Source of the DNA: Antedon mediterranea
Lineage: Eukaryota; Animalia; Echinodermata
NCBI RefSeq assembly: GCF_964355755.1
Contig: NC_092677.1
Location: 23,671,175-23,735,174, forward strand
DNA: 64,000 bases
Reading direction: 5' to 3'
Shown here: positions 51,448-64,000 of the stretch, one piece after another
Layout of the letters: each line of letters begins with the position of its first letter
Position numbering within the stretch: the first letter of the stretch is position 1
Translations under genes and position numbers: made by a program
Notes under the pieces: model-generated
The model's input: only the letters and a program-made list of their open reading frames with translations
Told to the model about the DNA's origin: nothing
The model's database searches: none

Positions 51448-51993
51448 AGATGTATTGTCCCTTGAAACACAAAAAACAAAAAAATAAATATTCTAAATTT
51501 AAATTAGCCATATCAAAGTAATATTAAAGTTATTCACTTTAAGTTGAAAAATCGAGCCAAAAACAACAAGTTTACGTAATTAACAGGTAAATTAATTAGA
51601 TTACATTTCGTCTGGGAAATCGTCGCAAGCGAAAGTAAACAAAGATTTCAAACCATGAGTATGCATTATGCATGATGCTAATTAGGATTGTTTACAACTC
51701 GTCACGGTTGAGAAGGTGTTTTCACACAGATCGCGAAGAAGTTTTATGATTATGCATACAGAGTAGCCAAACAAGCGCGTTGCATTATGAGATATGTTTT
51801 GATTGAAAACTTTGACTGGAAGTCAAAGTTATTTTTTGAACAAAAAAACATCTGTATTTCGGTTAAAAAATTTTTTTTTTCGACTAATTTTTGGTGAAAG
51901 TTAATAACTATTATGATACTTCAAAATGACCCCCTTTTTTTCAAAATATAAAAAAAAAATTTTTTGGGAATTAGTCAAAGGGACAATACATCT
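51448..51993. mobile_element. Longer TTAA-type MITE sharing the AGATGTATTGTCCC TIR but with a different interior
   Basis: TTAA|AGATGTATTGTCCCTT ... AAGGGACAATACATCT|TCAA. Confidence 0.8.
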
Positions 51994-52672
51994 TCAAAAA
52001 ATGAAAATTCATTTTACAGGTAATTAAAAGTAACATTGCAATGCACACATTAATGTTATTTGTTTTACATTTTTAAATAAAGTTTTGTACTGTATATTAT
52101 GTTTGAAAAATTAAAATTTGTGAGTTTCATTATTTTGTGTTTGCTGCCCTCTTTTGTTCAAATTGTTATTTTTGGCCTGTATGACATTCATGTTTGTGTT
52201 TTTGTCGCATTTTATTCATTATTTATCAAGTAATTTTATTTTTTTTAAAAGTACATATTTCAACGGATAACTTTGAGATTAATTTACCAACTATGTAATT
52301 TTTTTCCCTATATCATTGTGCAGACTGGTACTGGTACTCGTTCAAATAACCGTCTCACAGAGACATCTGGTCATTAGTATAATGACCATACCCATTTTAA
52401 TAATTGTTAATGTTATATAATGTACCAGCTTATTAAACCATCACCTTTCAAAAATTAAACTATAGCTTGATTATCAATCCAGTGGTCCAATCTATTAGGC
52501 CTGAGAATTAATTAATTAATATATAAGTGTGGCTAAAGCAAAGAGAGTGCCTGATTTGTTAAAAAATACATCCACAATCGTATGCACAAAGGTGTACTGT
52601 AACACAGGGTACAAAGGCCCCTAGTTTAGCACTATTGAGGGCCCTCTAACACTGGGTAGTTGTATTGGACTA

Positions 52673-52741
52673 CTCATGCTCTAAGGCCCCTTAAGCTCAT
52701 GCTCTAAGGCCCCTTAAGCTCATGCTCTAAGGCCCCTTAAG
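52673..52741 (+). repeat. 23-bp tandem x3
   Basis: (CTCATGCTCTAAGGCCCCTTAAG)3. Confidence 0.9.
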
Positions 52742-53959
52742 CTCTGGGTTTAGCCAGTTAGTGCTTATACTGTAGTCATTGTCTACATGCTTCGCATCAT
52801 CATCTATAGAAAACTATGGGTATTCCTGCTTCTTTTCATATTTCTCATTAATTTAATATTAAATATGATACAACTACAGTTTGGGAGTCTGGAAATCAAT
52901 AATGTTAATCAGATTTCCATGAAATAAAATTAAACAGCGCAAAAAAAAAAAAAAAAGAAACTCTTAAACCGAAGCTCTCTTCTTTATCATTATTGAATGA
53001 AATGATTTGTAAATGGTATTGTATAACTTTTAGTTGTCATCATCTGTGTATAAAATATATATTATACTGTATTTTATTGTTTTTACTTATTATTAAACAC
53101 ATTGTTATGGACAATATAAATTACTAATATAATTATTTTTTAATATTAGATGATTTTGGTTATTATCGTATTAATTTTAAATATTAAAATTAGTCTTGTC
53201 TTTATTTCATTTTATTTTAATATCAAGTTGGGCAAAGATTATGCTAATGTTATCGATTGTGACATGGTTGACTCACCGTCCTAAGTTTGCGCTTCACGTT
53301 ATTGATTCACTCATGAACGATCGGAATTGTAAAAACATGATTAACCATCAAAAATAATATCATCACTGCTAACTGCCAATGAACATGATAAATTAGACTT
53401 GATAGTCCAGCAAAAGTATTTAGTATGTTATCTTTAGCGTTTTCGTCATCGCTTTAAGATGGCGTCGAGACATGTAGTCGGACACATATTAAGCGGTTGT
53501 CGTTTAACTGAGCGAATGCGTTGTTTTTTTAACCTTGGCTATATCACACGTTCACTTAATCGAGTGTAATACTGTTTACTAATTAATAAAAATGAATCAA
53601 GTTATGAAAAACTTGATTTCTTATATGTATTTTGATATGATTTCAAAAATTGCTATCATCAATCATTAAAAGTTGCTATTTTGAGTTGTTATTTCTACCC
53701 ACAATCTAAAGTGAGTTTCTGCTGCGAAAAGAAATAACTGATTAATAACTTTAATTACCCATGATTTTTTTGGCAGCAGTAAATGGCAGCGTGAAAATAA
53801 TGGTTAAATGCCATTTAACTGGTAACTGTCAACAATTGGTAGTATTATAGTATTGTAATTAGAGAATCTTAATTCTTTCAGTTTTGGTTTTTGTAAAGCT
53901 CTGTCTACACTATCAAATTAGTTTAACAAATAAAATGCCCAAATATGGTAGTGATATCA

Positions 53960-54310
53960 ACCAACTTAAAGTTTGTTATAATGATGCTTTCTGGAGGTTG
54001 TTGGGACAACCCAAATTTATTAGTGCGAGGAATTTATTTGTGGAAAACAATATTCGATGATTTTATGAATATTTGAGGATTTCGACTTACTGATTTCTTA
54101 CAAGAATAATGAAAAGCGAAAACAGCATGTGTATATATAAATATTTGTTGATGGATTCAAACATGTACTACAAATGGAGAGAGGCATTATAGTGTATACC
54201 AATAGATAAAAATGTTGGTCTTCATTTCCTTAATCTTTTTTTTTTGTAATGTATATACCATATGGACAATTGTCTGAAATAAAAGTTGAATTGAATTGAA
54301 TTGAAATTGA
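53960..54310 (+). mobile_element. LINE 3' end nested in an AGCTCTGTCTACAC MITE
   Basis: Degenerate LKVCYNDAFWRLLGQPKFISARNLFVENNIR*; AATAAA then (TTGAA)n tail; MITE TIRs at 53898 and 54372. Confidence 0.7.
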
Positions 54311-55167
54311 AAATATGGTACTAACATGTCAATATAGGGGAGCATCACATTTTTGATAGTGTAGACAGAGCTAAAGTTAGTTCTTATTTTTAGCCTAAAT
54401 ATTAAATTAAATAGACTTACCGATTTTGTATTATAAAACTATTGTCCATTTAAATATATTTCTCAGCTGTTATTCCTTTTTCCTCCATTTTCTTGTATTC
54501 TTATTTTACATTTTATAATGTGGTCTACATTGTTGATCTTTTTTATTTGAAATGAATTATGATATTTGAAATAAAGAATTAATGATTTTAAAAGAGTAAA
54601 TATTAATTTTTAACTAAACACTCAATACAAAGGCAGACAATGCAATTTACTGTGGAGTTATATTTTCTATTTGCTGCCCTCTGTTGTTAGTTTTGTGAAG
54701 CCAGGACTATACTGTTTTTTGAACGCACATTATAGTAAAAAAATATAATATAAAATATTTAAAATATACTTTGTACGGTTGGGATTCTACAATTTTTCCG
54801 AAAATTACCCATTACATTTATCCACAGAAATCATTAAAAAAAATTACTGTACGATAGAAGTACTGTACACATATTCTCAGGAGACACCACATCCAAACAA
54901 AATGTCTCCTTCATAGGAGTGTCCAGAAGTACAGTTCTACTGTAATTAAGAAATTATATTAATTATATATAAAAGTAGTTAAAGCCATATTATGTTTATA
55001 TAACTGATTATGTTGTTACATTCTGGCCTAGTAAATGTTTAATACTTTCTAGCCATTTTCCAGTTTTTTATTTACTTTGTTGATGTTACTGTTTATACTA
55101 ACTGTACGATTTTTGTTGAAAGGATGACAAATTGGAAATTATAAAAGAAGTTACAAGTGTATTTTAA

Positions 55168-55290
<123 letters not shown>

Positions 55291-58200
55291 TAGTAAATGC
55301 ACTTTAGAGAGTTTTCAGCATAAACTTTAACCTTATAACATTATTTACCAACATTTAACATTAAGAACAAATTAAAATTCTCATGTCCATATTACCTTTA
55401 CAAGATCAAAGCGCTTTACAAGAACCAATTTTTTGATGAACATAATTTTGTTTTTTTGTAAATAAATTTATCTGCGTACATCGGTGATGTAGGTTGAAGG
55501 AATGATCTTGAAAATCACAAAGGTTACACACTTTACATGGATAACCAATAATTAAGATATGGATAATTAATAGATGGTTTATATTCATACAAAACCATAC
55601 AACATGTACATGTAAAGATACAATTAGAAATTACACTATATTCTTGGTAACCTTTGTGCAAAAAAAGAAATTGAATTGAATAAAACCATACAGTATTGTA
55701 ATTAAAATGATTATATTTCTAACAAGTTATTCATAATCACCTCACTGTTGTACAACTTGAAATGTATATGTATTATTCTTCAAGGGAAACTTTGCATTAA
55801 ATTCAGTTGATTAGAAGGTTTGGCAACCTTACAATTACCACAATGGGGATCAATATATCGGAAGTCACAGAAATAGGTTTTGTGCTTTCAGAAGAAACAT
55901 TACAATGAAAAAAATGTTAAATTTTATTTTCTTTTCTTTTTGTGTACCGACAACTTGCATCATAGGCCGGCTTCCTTGTAAGTCTGAAAATATATTAAAA
56001 ATATATACAGAGTATGGAGGGTGAAATAAAGCCAACTAAAATAAGAGTGTTGAAGATGATTTTGAAATTATTAGGTCATTTGATTAAATTTGTTTAATTT
56101 AAAAGCAGCTAACAATAACATTTGTTTGTAATTACTAAAATTATTTGATATTTTTACAACATATTTAAATGGAAAAGAGAAAGATATGAAAAGCGACCTT
56201 TTTTTTAGAATTGGAATTCTTAACTATTTTACTGTATGTTCATTGTTAATATTATTATTTTTGAAACACAAAATGCTTAGGTTATTTCTTTTATAACATT
56301 ATTGATTGTTTTATGTTTATTTATCATTTTTTTTTGTATTATTCTCCCGTTTATTTAGAGGTTTTTTAATTTAATAAATCATTTTACCCAAGTAATATTT
56401 ACAGTACTTGGCATTTTGTTTTACATTTTAAATGTCCTGCTATATTTGTTATATAAACACCTAAATTGTGAGAATAGATCCAAATAATACATGGTACGCG
56501 ATATATAATCAAACAATCAAATTACAAAGCTTATACCTAATATATGTGGTATATTTATTTGTTTATATGATAATGGCATAGTTACGGAATTGCTTGTCTA
56601 CAGGCCTAGTTTCATCACATACTTGATTGCTGTACGTAGGCCCATTCCGTCATGACCCTCTCAGATATCCCGCTGTTGGAGGAAGTTACATGTTGGCCGA
56701 ACACTTAACTGTTTAAAACCAATTAGTTCATATAACTTGCAACTATTTGCTGGCCAAATTGCCATCAAGACACAACCTTGCGCAGATTACTAGCTGCATT
56801 ATGGGAGTATGTTTCCATACGTGTTTGATCCAAAAAATTACTGGTGTATTAATGTTCAGTGCTGAGATGTTTCACAACATTAGGCACTATATAAATCCAG
56901 GATATTATTATTATTATTATTATTAAATTATGTTTCCATACTTGTTTGATCCAAAAAAATGACTGGGGTAATAATGTTCAGCTTAGAGGTTCACAACAAG
57001 GCGCTATATAAATCCAGAATATTATTATTATTATTTAAATAAACTACCTTAAAGTATTTTGAAGATACTGCAAATAATGTTTAAAAAATGACTGTTTTGT
57101 AGTATTAATTGGGAACAATATTGTCACATAAATTCGATGATTGACTGTACTATATAACATGGTAAAGAATAAAAAACATTCATTATTTATTTGATAACAC
57201 CGCTGTTCTAAAGTAAACTTTTATTCAATTACTCCACGGCACTGAAAATTTGACCATCAAGTTAAACAGTTACAAATGGTCCCTCCATAGGTTGTTTTTC
57301 AGACGCTATTACATTGTATCACACAACAATCTCAATATTTATGAAAAGCTGAACATTTCTGCATAGATCTTGCATGGTTTTTCGATTGTAATACTATGGG
57401 GTATTTTGATTGAGACGCTAAAGCGAGAGATATATCTTTTGTCGTGGGGTTGCTTTGCGAATTAACAGATTATAAAGTGGCTCGTAGGTTTAGTAAACAC
57501 TGTTGTTACCAGCTTTTAAAAACTTCATCAGAAGTTTTAAAAATAATATAATTATGTATGCAAATAAGATTATTAATTAATAATAATACAGCTGCTATTC
57601 TGATTATTTTCTGCCTCCAGTTTATTCCATTTTGAAGCAGATAAGCATGGGCATATACATTTTATTATAATATATTATTTTATTTAGAAATACTTATTAT
57701 AAATTGCAAATGTTTAATACAATTAGATTATTGTGATAAATGCTAAATTATAATACCGAATAAAATCTATGGTGGAAAATGTCAATCACAAAATCCTAAT
57801 GCCTACTGTGTTTTTTGCTATTATATGAATTGTGGAATAATTATAAATATCCCAAACCATATATAAATATTTAAATTTTAGCTGTCACTAATTAAAAAAT
57901 TAAAAATGTCCATATTGGAATATAGTTATTATGTGTATATTGGGTTTAATAGACCAGTGGCCATATTCACCAATCACACTTAAGTGAGATATTTTCTAGT
58001 ATTTCACTTAACTCAATAACTTATTTCCCTTAAGTTGTATTCACTTAGATAGAGATTTTTTAAATTTTAAGGGTAAGTGTTTTCCTAGCCTAAGTGTGAA
58101 TGGTGAATACAGCCACAAGGATTTGGCTTGTGAAAGTACTGTATAGGAGTGGGTTTCAGGATAAGTTGGTATAAAATAAAACAGTACTTTTCAGGTACAC

Positions 58201-59779
58201 AGACTAGGTTTTCTTGGGTGGGTGCTATGTTGAAATTTGATTGAAATGCTGGTTGGTGGAAGAGCTATATAAGCTTTCGACATGGTATGATCATGTTTTA
58301 TTTTGTAAAACCATGCATAGTAAAACATTATTTTGATCCATGAATAGATAAAGATAATGATAAATAAAGTGATGTACAGTATGGCAAGCCACTTTGGTGT
58401 TTATGTATCTACCTATTCTTGATGTGATTATTGCAAGATGTTTCATGCCCAACTTACCTGGATAAACCGACAATAGTCCTTTCTCCTCAAAGATGACTCC
58501 CCTTCTATTACGTTTATGAACCGTAAAAGTTTATACAGTACGTGCGGAAGTTATCAATCTTTAATTTACTCTCGCTTTTTATTAGGCCTAAACAAAATTG
58601 TTTAGTTGCTCAAGCACAACATCAATTGAAAATAAGGTGAATCAGATATTTAACAATTCTAACAAGTTCTATAATACTTTAGAGTAGGGAAGGGGATTCC
58701 TGGAAGCTCCACCGTTTTAGATAGTTTTTACTACCTAAATATATGCTGCATCAACCTTGTAGTCATTTTAATTGTTAAGTTTCTAAAAATTAGTTAACAA
58801 ATGATTTTTTATAAAACCAATTCTCAACCAATTACAATAGAATAATTAGTATAACTTTTACTTTATATCATAAAATAAAAAGAAGATTGATTAATATTTT
58901 ATTAGTGAACTTATTGGCGCAAAACCAAGCGTCTTTTTCAGAAGGAATTGTTTTATCCTTGTACATTGTAAATATTGTGCTTGCCGATTTTAAATTTTTC
59001 GACGTATCCTGCCAATTGGCAGATGAAAAGGTAGACAAGGTAAGGTAGGTAGTATGTTTAATAGTTTTTATAAGAAATTACAAAACTTTATAATGACCTA
59101 TTTATGCATTGGTATTACTGCTTAATAAGTCATGGTTGACTTGGATGTGGAATAAAGAATGCAAAAAACAATAGTATAATAACGTCCATACAAGCAATTT
59201 GCCCTCTGGGCGGTTTCTACAGCCCGCATGTGCCAATTTATTTTGGCTTCAATTTGCGCCACGCGTAACTCTCACATGTATAATGAGTTTGTCGAATTGA
59301 TCTATTTTGATAAGGACTTAGTACCTAACAAGGTTGTTGTTTTCTTAGCAAAGAATTTGATTTGCGTTTACAGTGCTAATATCGGGTCGTCATTGATTTT
59401 GTCAGCAAAGGGAAGAGAATGTTCACGGATATTGACTGCTATATGTACGCTTATTTCAACTAATCTGTCTTTTGTCTTTCTGCCAGTCAGCATTATAAAG
59501 GGAAACACCTTTTTGATGTTGTAGCCAAATACTCTAAATGTCAGTCATTGTTTTGATAACTTTAAAGTTCAAACTTTAATACGATAAAAATAAACTCATT
59601 TTAAATTTTTACCATAAAATAACAAATAATTAAACAACTGTATATTACTAAGTAATTTAAATCATTTTTTGGAAAAAACCTTAATGGTTATGTAACAAGC
59701 CTTTCAATTAACAATAGCTTCAGTAAATGAAGTTTTTTGGACCAGTAGTTCTCGAGAAAATGCAATTTAAGTTTACTGG

Positions 59780-60053
59780 TTACTTTAAGACTGCTCGCCG
59801 GCGTTTGAAAAATTTTGTCTTATCTTTTAGCACTAGCAGGTCTGAAAAGTATACTCAAAAAGTGGTCCAGAATTGGAACCATGGTCCCAAATGGTCCCAA
59901 AATTTAATGGAATGGTCCTTGACCACATATCTATAGCCTGTATATTTATTTTGATAAAGATCTTGTAATTACTTTTTGAGTAATCCTGCTAAAAAACAAA
60001 CAAACAAACAAACACACGCTACTGATTACATATACCTCCTTGGCGGAGGTAAA
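59780..60053 (+). mobile_element. HINE/DINE-like (Helentron-associated) element end
   Basis: (ACAA)n microsatellite followed by terminal stem-loop ACCTCC-TTGGC-GGAGGT; analogous GACAGACCGAC..TCGCGTCCACGCGA end at ~46150-46197. Confidence 0.55.
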
Positions 60054-60683
60054 TTATGCTGATTTACTACTTACAACTAACAGCGTTTGCTGTTGAAGCC
60101 AGCCTAGAAGTTGTAGTGCAAACATGTTGTTTGTCTTGTATGGCGTTCCATCATTTGATGACTTTGTTAGAAAGGTAGTTTTTAGTTTAAAAAATGAGTC
60201 AATATGATTATTATAAACAAATTAGTTTGATCTGAAATCCACACCGAAATGATATCCGGTTGTATACTGTATGTTTATTTTATTTTTTGCTTAAAGATGG
60301 TCTAACCCCCCCTCCCCCCCAAAATGAAGATTAATATAAATTTTACTTTGGATAGGTTATTTTGTAGTTTTAATAAAGTTAATCACTTCCATAGAAAAAA
60401 AAAATGTTTTCACTGGCAGCCAATTTGACTACTTTTTGCTTTAAATTACAGTTTTTTAGGTAAATACATTTTTTCTCTCGATCCACATTTTGGTTGAAGT
60501 GGATAACTATTATGACATTAAAATGGCATATTCAACAACAAAATATTTACGAATTATTTTTTCAGGTGGACAATATATCTATTTGGACATAATGGATGTA
60601 TAACAAAACCATAAAATTATAAGTGAACTTACAGATAACAAAGCTTTCTTTTTGTAAAATAAATTAAAATTGTATCTTTTTAG

Positions 60684-60811
60684 GTGAAACATTTGTAACT
60701 CGCAAGATCACAAGAGCTGTTGCTAAGATTCATATGAAACTAGGAGAAGATGTTTGTCTTGGAAATCTGGATGCACAAAGAGATTGGGGTCATGCAAAAG
60801 ATTATGTTGAG
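60684..60811 (+). CDS. GMDS: GDP-mannose 4,6-dehydratase, exon 7 (later exons lie beyond the window)
   Basis: tttttag|(G)[42 protein letters not shown]|gtaat; 128 nt. Confidence 0.96.
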
Positions 60812-61456
60812 GTAATAATGAGGATATTTTTTTATCTGAACCAAACATATATATTTACCTGTGGAGAAAGTTGTTCGCTGGTGCAACCCTAACCCACAAC
60901 CTGCCTACCTTTTATACTGAACATCTAATCTATCTTGCACTTGATGGTAGATGTAAAAGTATTATTTTCAAAATTGCAAACTTTGAAGAAATAGCCAAAT
61001 CCATCAACAATTACAACTTCAAGAATTAAAAAAAACATTATCTAAACTCACTTGATTTAAATTTAGATATAAAATTCATAAAAAGACAAAAATTAAATAA
61101 ATATAAAAAATGAAAATTTACCTTTTGGTTAAAAATTTAAGATAAACATTTATGATTACAAGGCTTTACATGTAGCCAGGGATTTTTTTAACAAGTTAAA
61201 AATAAGAAAGTTTGTTAATATCTGTAATAATATGAATACTAAAATGGACAGAAGAACTCATCAATGTAAGTTAATTTATTTTGATTTAAAAGTCAGTTCT
61301 TATATCAATAAAAAAAGCAATTCTACAAACCAAAGCAAAATATGTTTTGCATATTCAATGTATTACGAACTATTAAATACTTCTTTTAAATATTCTTATT
61401 CTTATTCTTTTATTGCCAAATATAAAATACATGAAAAACATGACATACAAAAAAAA

Positions 61457-61729
61457 AACAATAGACCCAACTGAGTGAGCTGGCATTGGACACAAAAGCG
61501 AACCTAATCACTATGACTTAAAGCCTGTGTTCCCCACTCACCCAGTTAACAATAGAACCAACTGAGTGAGCTGGCATGGGACACAAAAGCGAACCTAATC
61601 ACTATGACTTAAAGCCTGTGTTCCCCACTCACCCAGTTAACAATAGAACCAACTGAGTGAGCTGGCATGGGACACAAAAGCGAACCTAATCACTATGACT
61701 TAAAGCCTGTGTTCCCCACTCACCCAGTT
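61457..61729. repeat. 91-bp tandem x3 of a hairpin-forming unit in a probable minus-strand LINE 3' UTR
   Basis: Unit starts at 61457, 61548, 61639; AACTGAGTGAG..CTCACCCAGTT; minus-strand AATAAA(GAATAA)n tail at ~61391-61414. Confidence 0.85.
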
Positions 61730-63219
61730 TCACAAGCAATGATTATACCATCTTAAAATATAATATATCAAATATATTCTAATAATGACAATATTATAAA
61801 CTATTAAATGCTAACTTAAAATACAAAAAAGCTAATTATAGTCCATTTGCATACAATTTGGAATTATTAAAGTGAATTATCTAGTACAAATAACAATAAC
61901 ATTTAACGATAATTGAGAGGAATTAGTTAGAAAAAGAATAAATGGTTTTATATTCTGTACAAACATAATTATAGCAATTACTAGTCATGCATCCAAACCA
62001 TTATAATTCTAGTTCTATTTTTATATTATAGCTAATAAAAACATTGTAAAAAAGTCCAGCACATTGCACAGGGCATACGTCAGGCTTTCAAACTAGAGAA
62101 ATTATAATACAAATTGTAATGATGGTATTAGTTTATTCTATAAGCAAACGGCACAAGATAAGTCAACAATACGTATGTTATTACAACATACTAACTCAAC
62201 CGCAGCCAATATTGTAGCCCTATCTACCATCTCATCCTAAGTACTATAAACTCTATAATTATTGCATGGATAAATAAATGTTACTTTTCTTTACTAACAC
62301 CAGTTATTTACTTACAATACAGTAGGGCCACGCGAACAAGCTTCCATAAATACCGGCTTGTTATAAGAGTTGTTAAGTACATATTATGATTTTACTGAAA
62401 TCTAAACAAGGGATATGATTAAAGACCACTGCGAAAATTATTTCAGAAAACAACAGAGTCGTAACTCAATCTGTGCATTTGTGTGTGTGTATATATTGCA
62501 ACTAGTTTACTCAAATCATATACCAAATAGTTTTTCTCGGTACAGTAGTATCATCACCATCATGTACGAATGTTTTTAGTTAACAGGATATATATTCATT
62601 CACTGGATAGTTACGAATTTTATTAAGCAAGTAAGAGTTTTTCTAGATTAGTTTAATTTATAATTAAAATCATATTATTTTCGAATAGTTTTTTGAAATG
62701 TTTTAAACCAGTTTAACGCAGACAATTTCTAAAAAATGATTAAAATAGAAACCAGACTTTTTTAAATAAGTTAATTATATTTACTGCGCTTATAAACTTG
62801 TCTGCATTTTTTTCCCTACTTTAAATCTGAATTTTAAAAATTAGAAATGAATGTTTAATTCAGTGTTGTGTATTTTTATAGTGTGTATCCATTTAATGTA
62901 TGCGAAAATTTAATCCATTTAATGTCATATTCACAATTATTAATTGATGTAAACATTGAGCTAATATAACCGAGTTGCTATTTATATGTAGTTAATTATT
63001 TATTATAAAATACCAAATTAGGAACCAAATAAACCAGAAGCTAATACAATAAAAAAAAAAATCTTTTTATAAAATTATTCTTTCCATGCATTTGTTAATC
63101 AAATGATATTTATCCAGTGGCAAATTGATAAAAAAAAAATTATACCAATGTTGAATATACAGTTTGAAATGTGGAACTTTTTCTCAGTCTAAATGTAAAT
63201 TAGGCCTGCTAAATAGACC

Positions 63220-63328
63220 TAATTTAGAATGATCCTTAAACTTGAAAGCATTTCAATATGAATTAAAATGTCTGATTCATTTTAATTCATATTGAAATGC
63301 TTTCAAGTTTAAGGATCATTCTAAATTA
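63220..63328. repeat. Perfect 51-bp inverted repeat with 7-nt loop
   Basis: 63220-63270 is the exact reverse complement of 63278-63328. Confidence 0.95.
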
Positions 63329-63406
63329 ATGCATGCATTCTAGACATGCAAATTAAGCGGTACTGTTATCCTGTATCATGTACTGTACAATATCAGTATG
63401 CCTTAT

Positions 63407-63725
63407 TAGATTTGGACCATGACCATCTACTGGTAAGGAAGAGAGCCTTCCAACTGCACCATATTCTGTCGCAATGTTAATCAATGGTTTGATTCAATGC
63501 ATTAACAATTCACTAAAAACAGTGGTCTATGGTTTGCATGATCCATAATATCAGATTTGGACCATGACCATCTACTGGTAAGGAAGAGAGGCTTCCAACT
63601 GCACCACATTCTGTCTCAATGTTAATCAATTGTTTGATTCAAATGCTCCGCATGATCCATTATCAGATTTGGACCTTGACCATTTACTGGTAAGGAAAAA
63701 ACCCTGCCATTGTACCACATTCTTT
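63407..63725 (+). repeat. Three diverged tandem units (~110-145 bp)
   Basis: AGATTTGGACCWTGACCATYTACTGGTAAGGAA at ~63408, ~63554, ~63665. Confidence 0.85.
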
Positions 63726-64000
63726 CAAAATGCGATTTAAATGGTTTTAATTATGAAGCATTCTAATTGGCTATTTAAGACCAAGATCAATTTAATGATA
63801 CATCCTTGGTACATTATCATGCGCTACAATGACTGTGAATGTTAGTGCCGAAAGGCTATCAAACACAGTGCAACCTTCTAGGTGTCTCTTTTTAGTTCAT
63901 TAACCTGCCATGAAGGACACCTTACTCATTACGTCCATATCTTTCAATGAAATATTTTTTCGAAAATTTATTTATTTAGAAATTTGTAATTTTAAAGATT

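Noticed and set aside
59180-59530. 98-aa ORF, or possible LINE relic on the minus strand
   Set aside because: Only faint similarity to RT C-terminal motifs with several stops; cannot be supported by eye.
60812-64000. GMDS exon 8 (expected to begin AMWLMLQ-like)
   Set aside because: No matching exon found; it presumably lies beyond the window.

Overview
AT-rich eukaryotic (invertebrate metazoan-like) genomic DNA. (1) Positions 1-~4025 are the end of a tandem array of ~176-bp units, each carrying a tRNA-Lys(UUU) gene or pseudogene (23 copies visible, the first truncated by the window). (2) A five-exon minus-strand gene (24260 to 5710) can be spliced by hand using only GT-AG introns with compatible phases. 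It gives an intact 339-aa protein with two tandem SAM domains, a clan-AA (retropepsin-like) aspartic protease domain with an intact DSGS motif, and an acidic Ser-rich tail. This is the most unusual element in the window. (3) It sits head-to-head (562 bp between ATGs, twin TGACGTCA sites) with GMDS (GDP-mannose 4,6-dehydratase), whose exons 1-7 lie at 24823-60811; the gene continues past the window. (4) The introns are full of non-autonomous transposons (TTAA-, TA- and TWA-flanked MITEs, LINE 3' ends, SINE-like and Helitron/HINE-like pieces) and Penelope-type fragments with minimal hammerhead ribozyme cores. Apparent TA-site excision footprints (TAGGCCTA versus TACWGTA) seem spatially partitioned. 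All coordinates were read by eye, and family assignments rest on motif recognition, not database searches.
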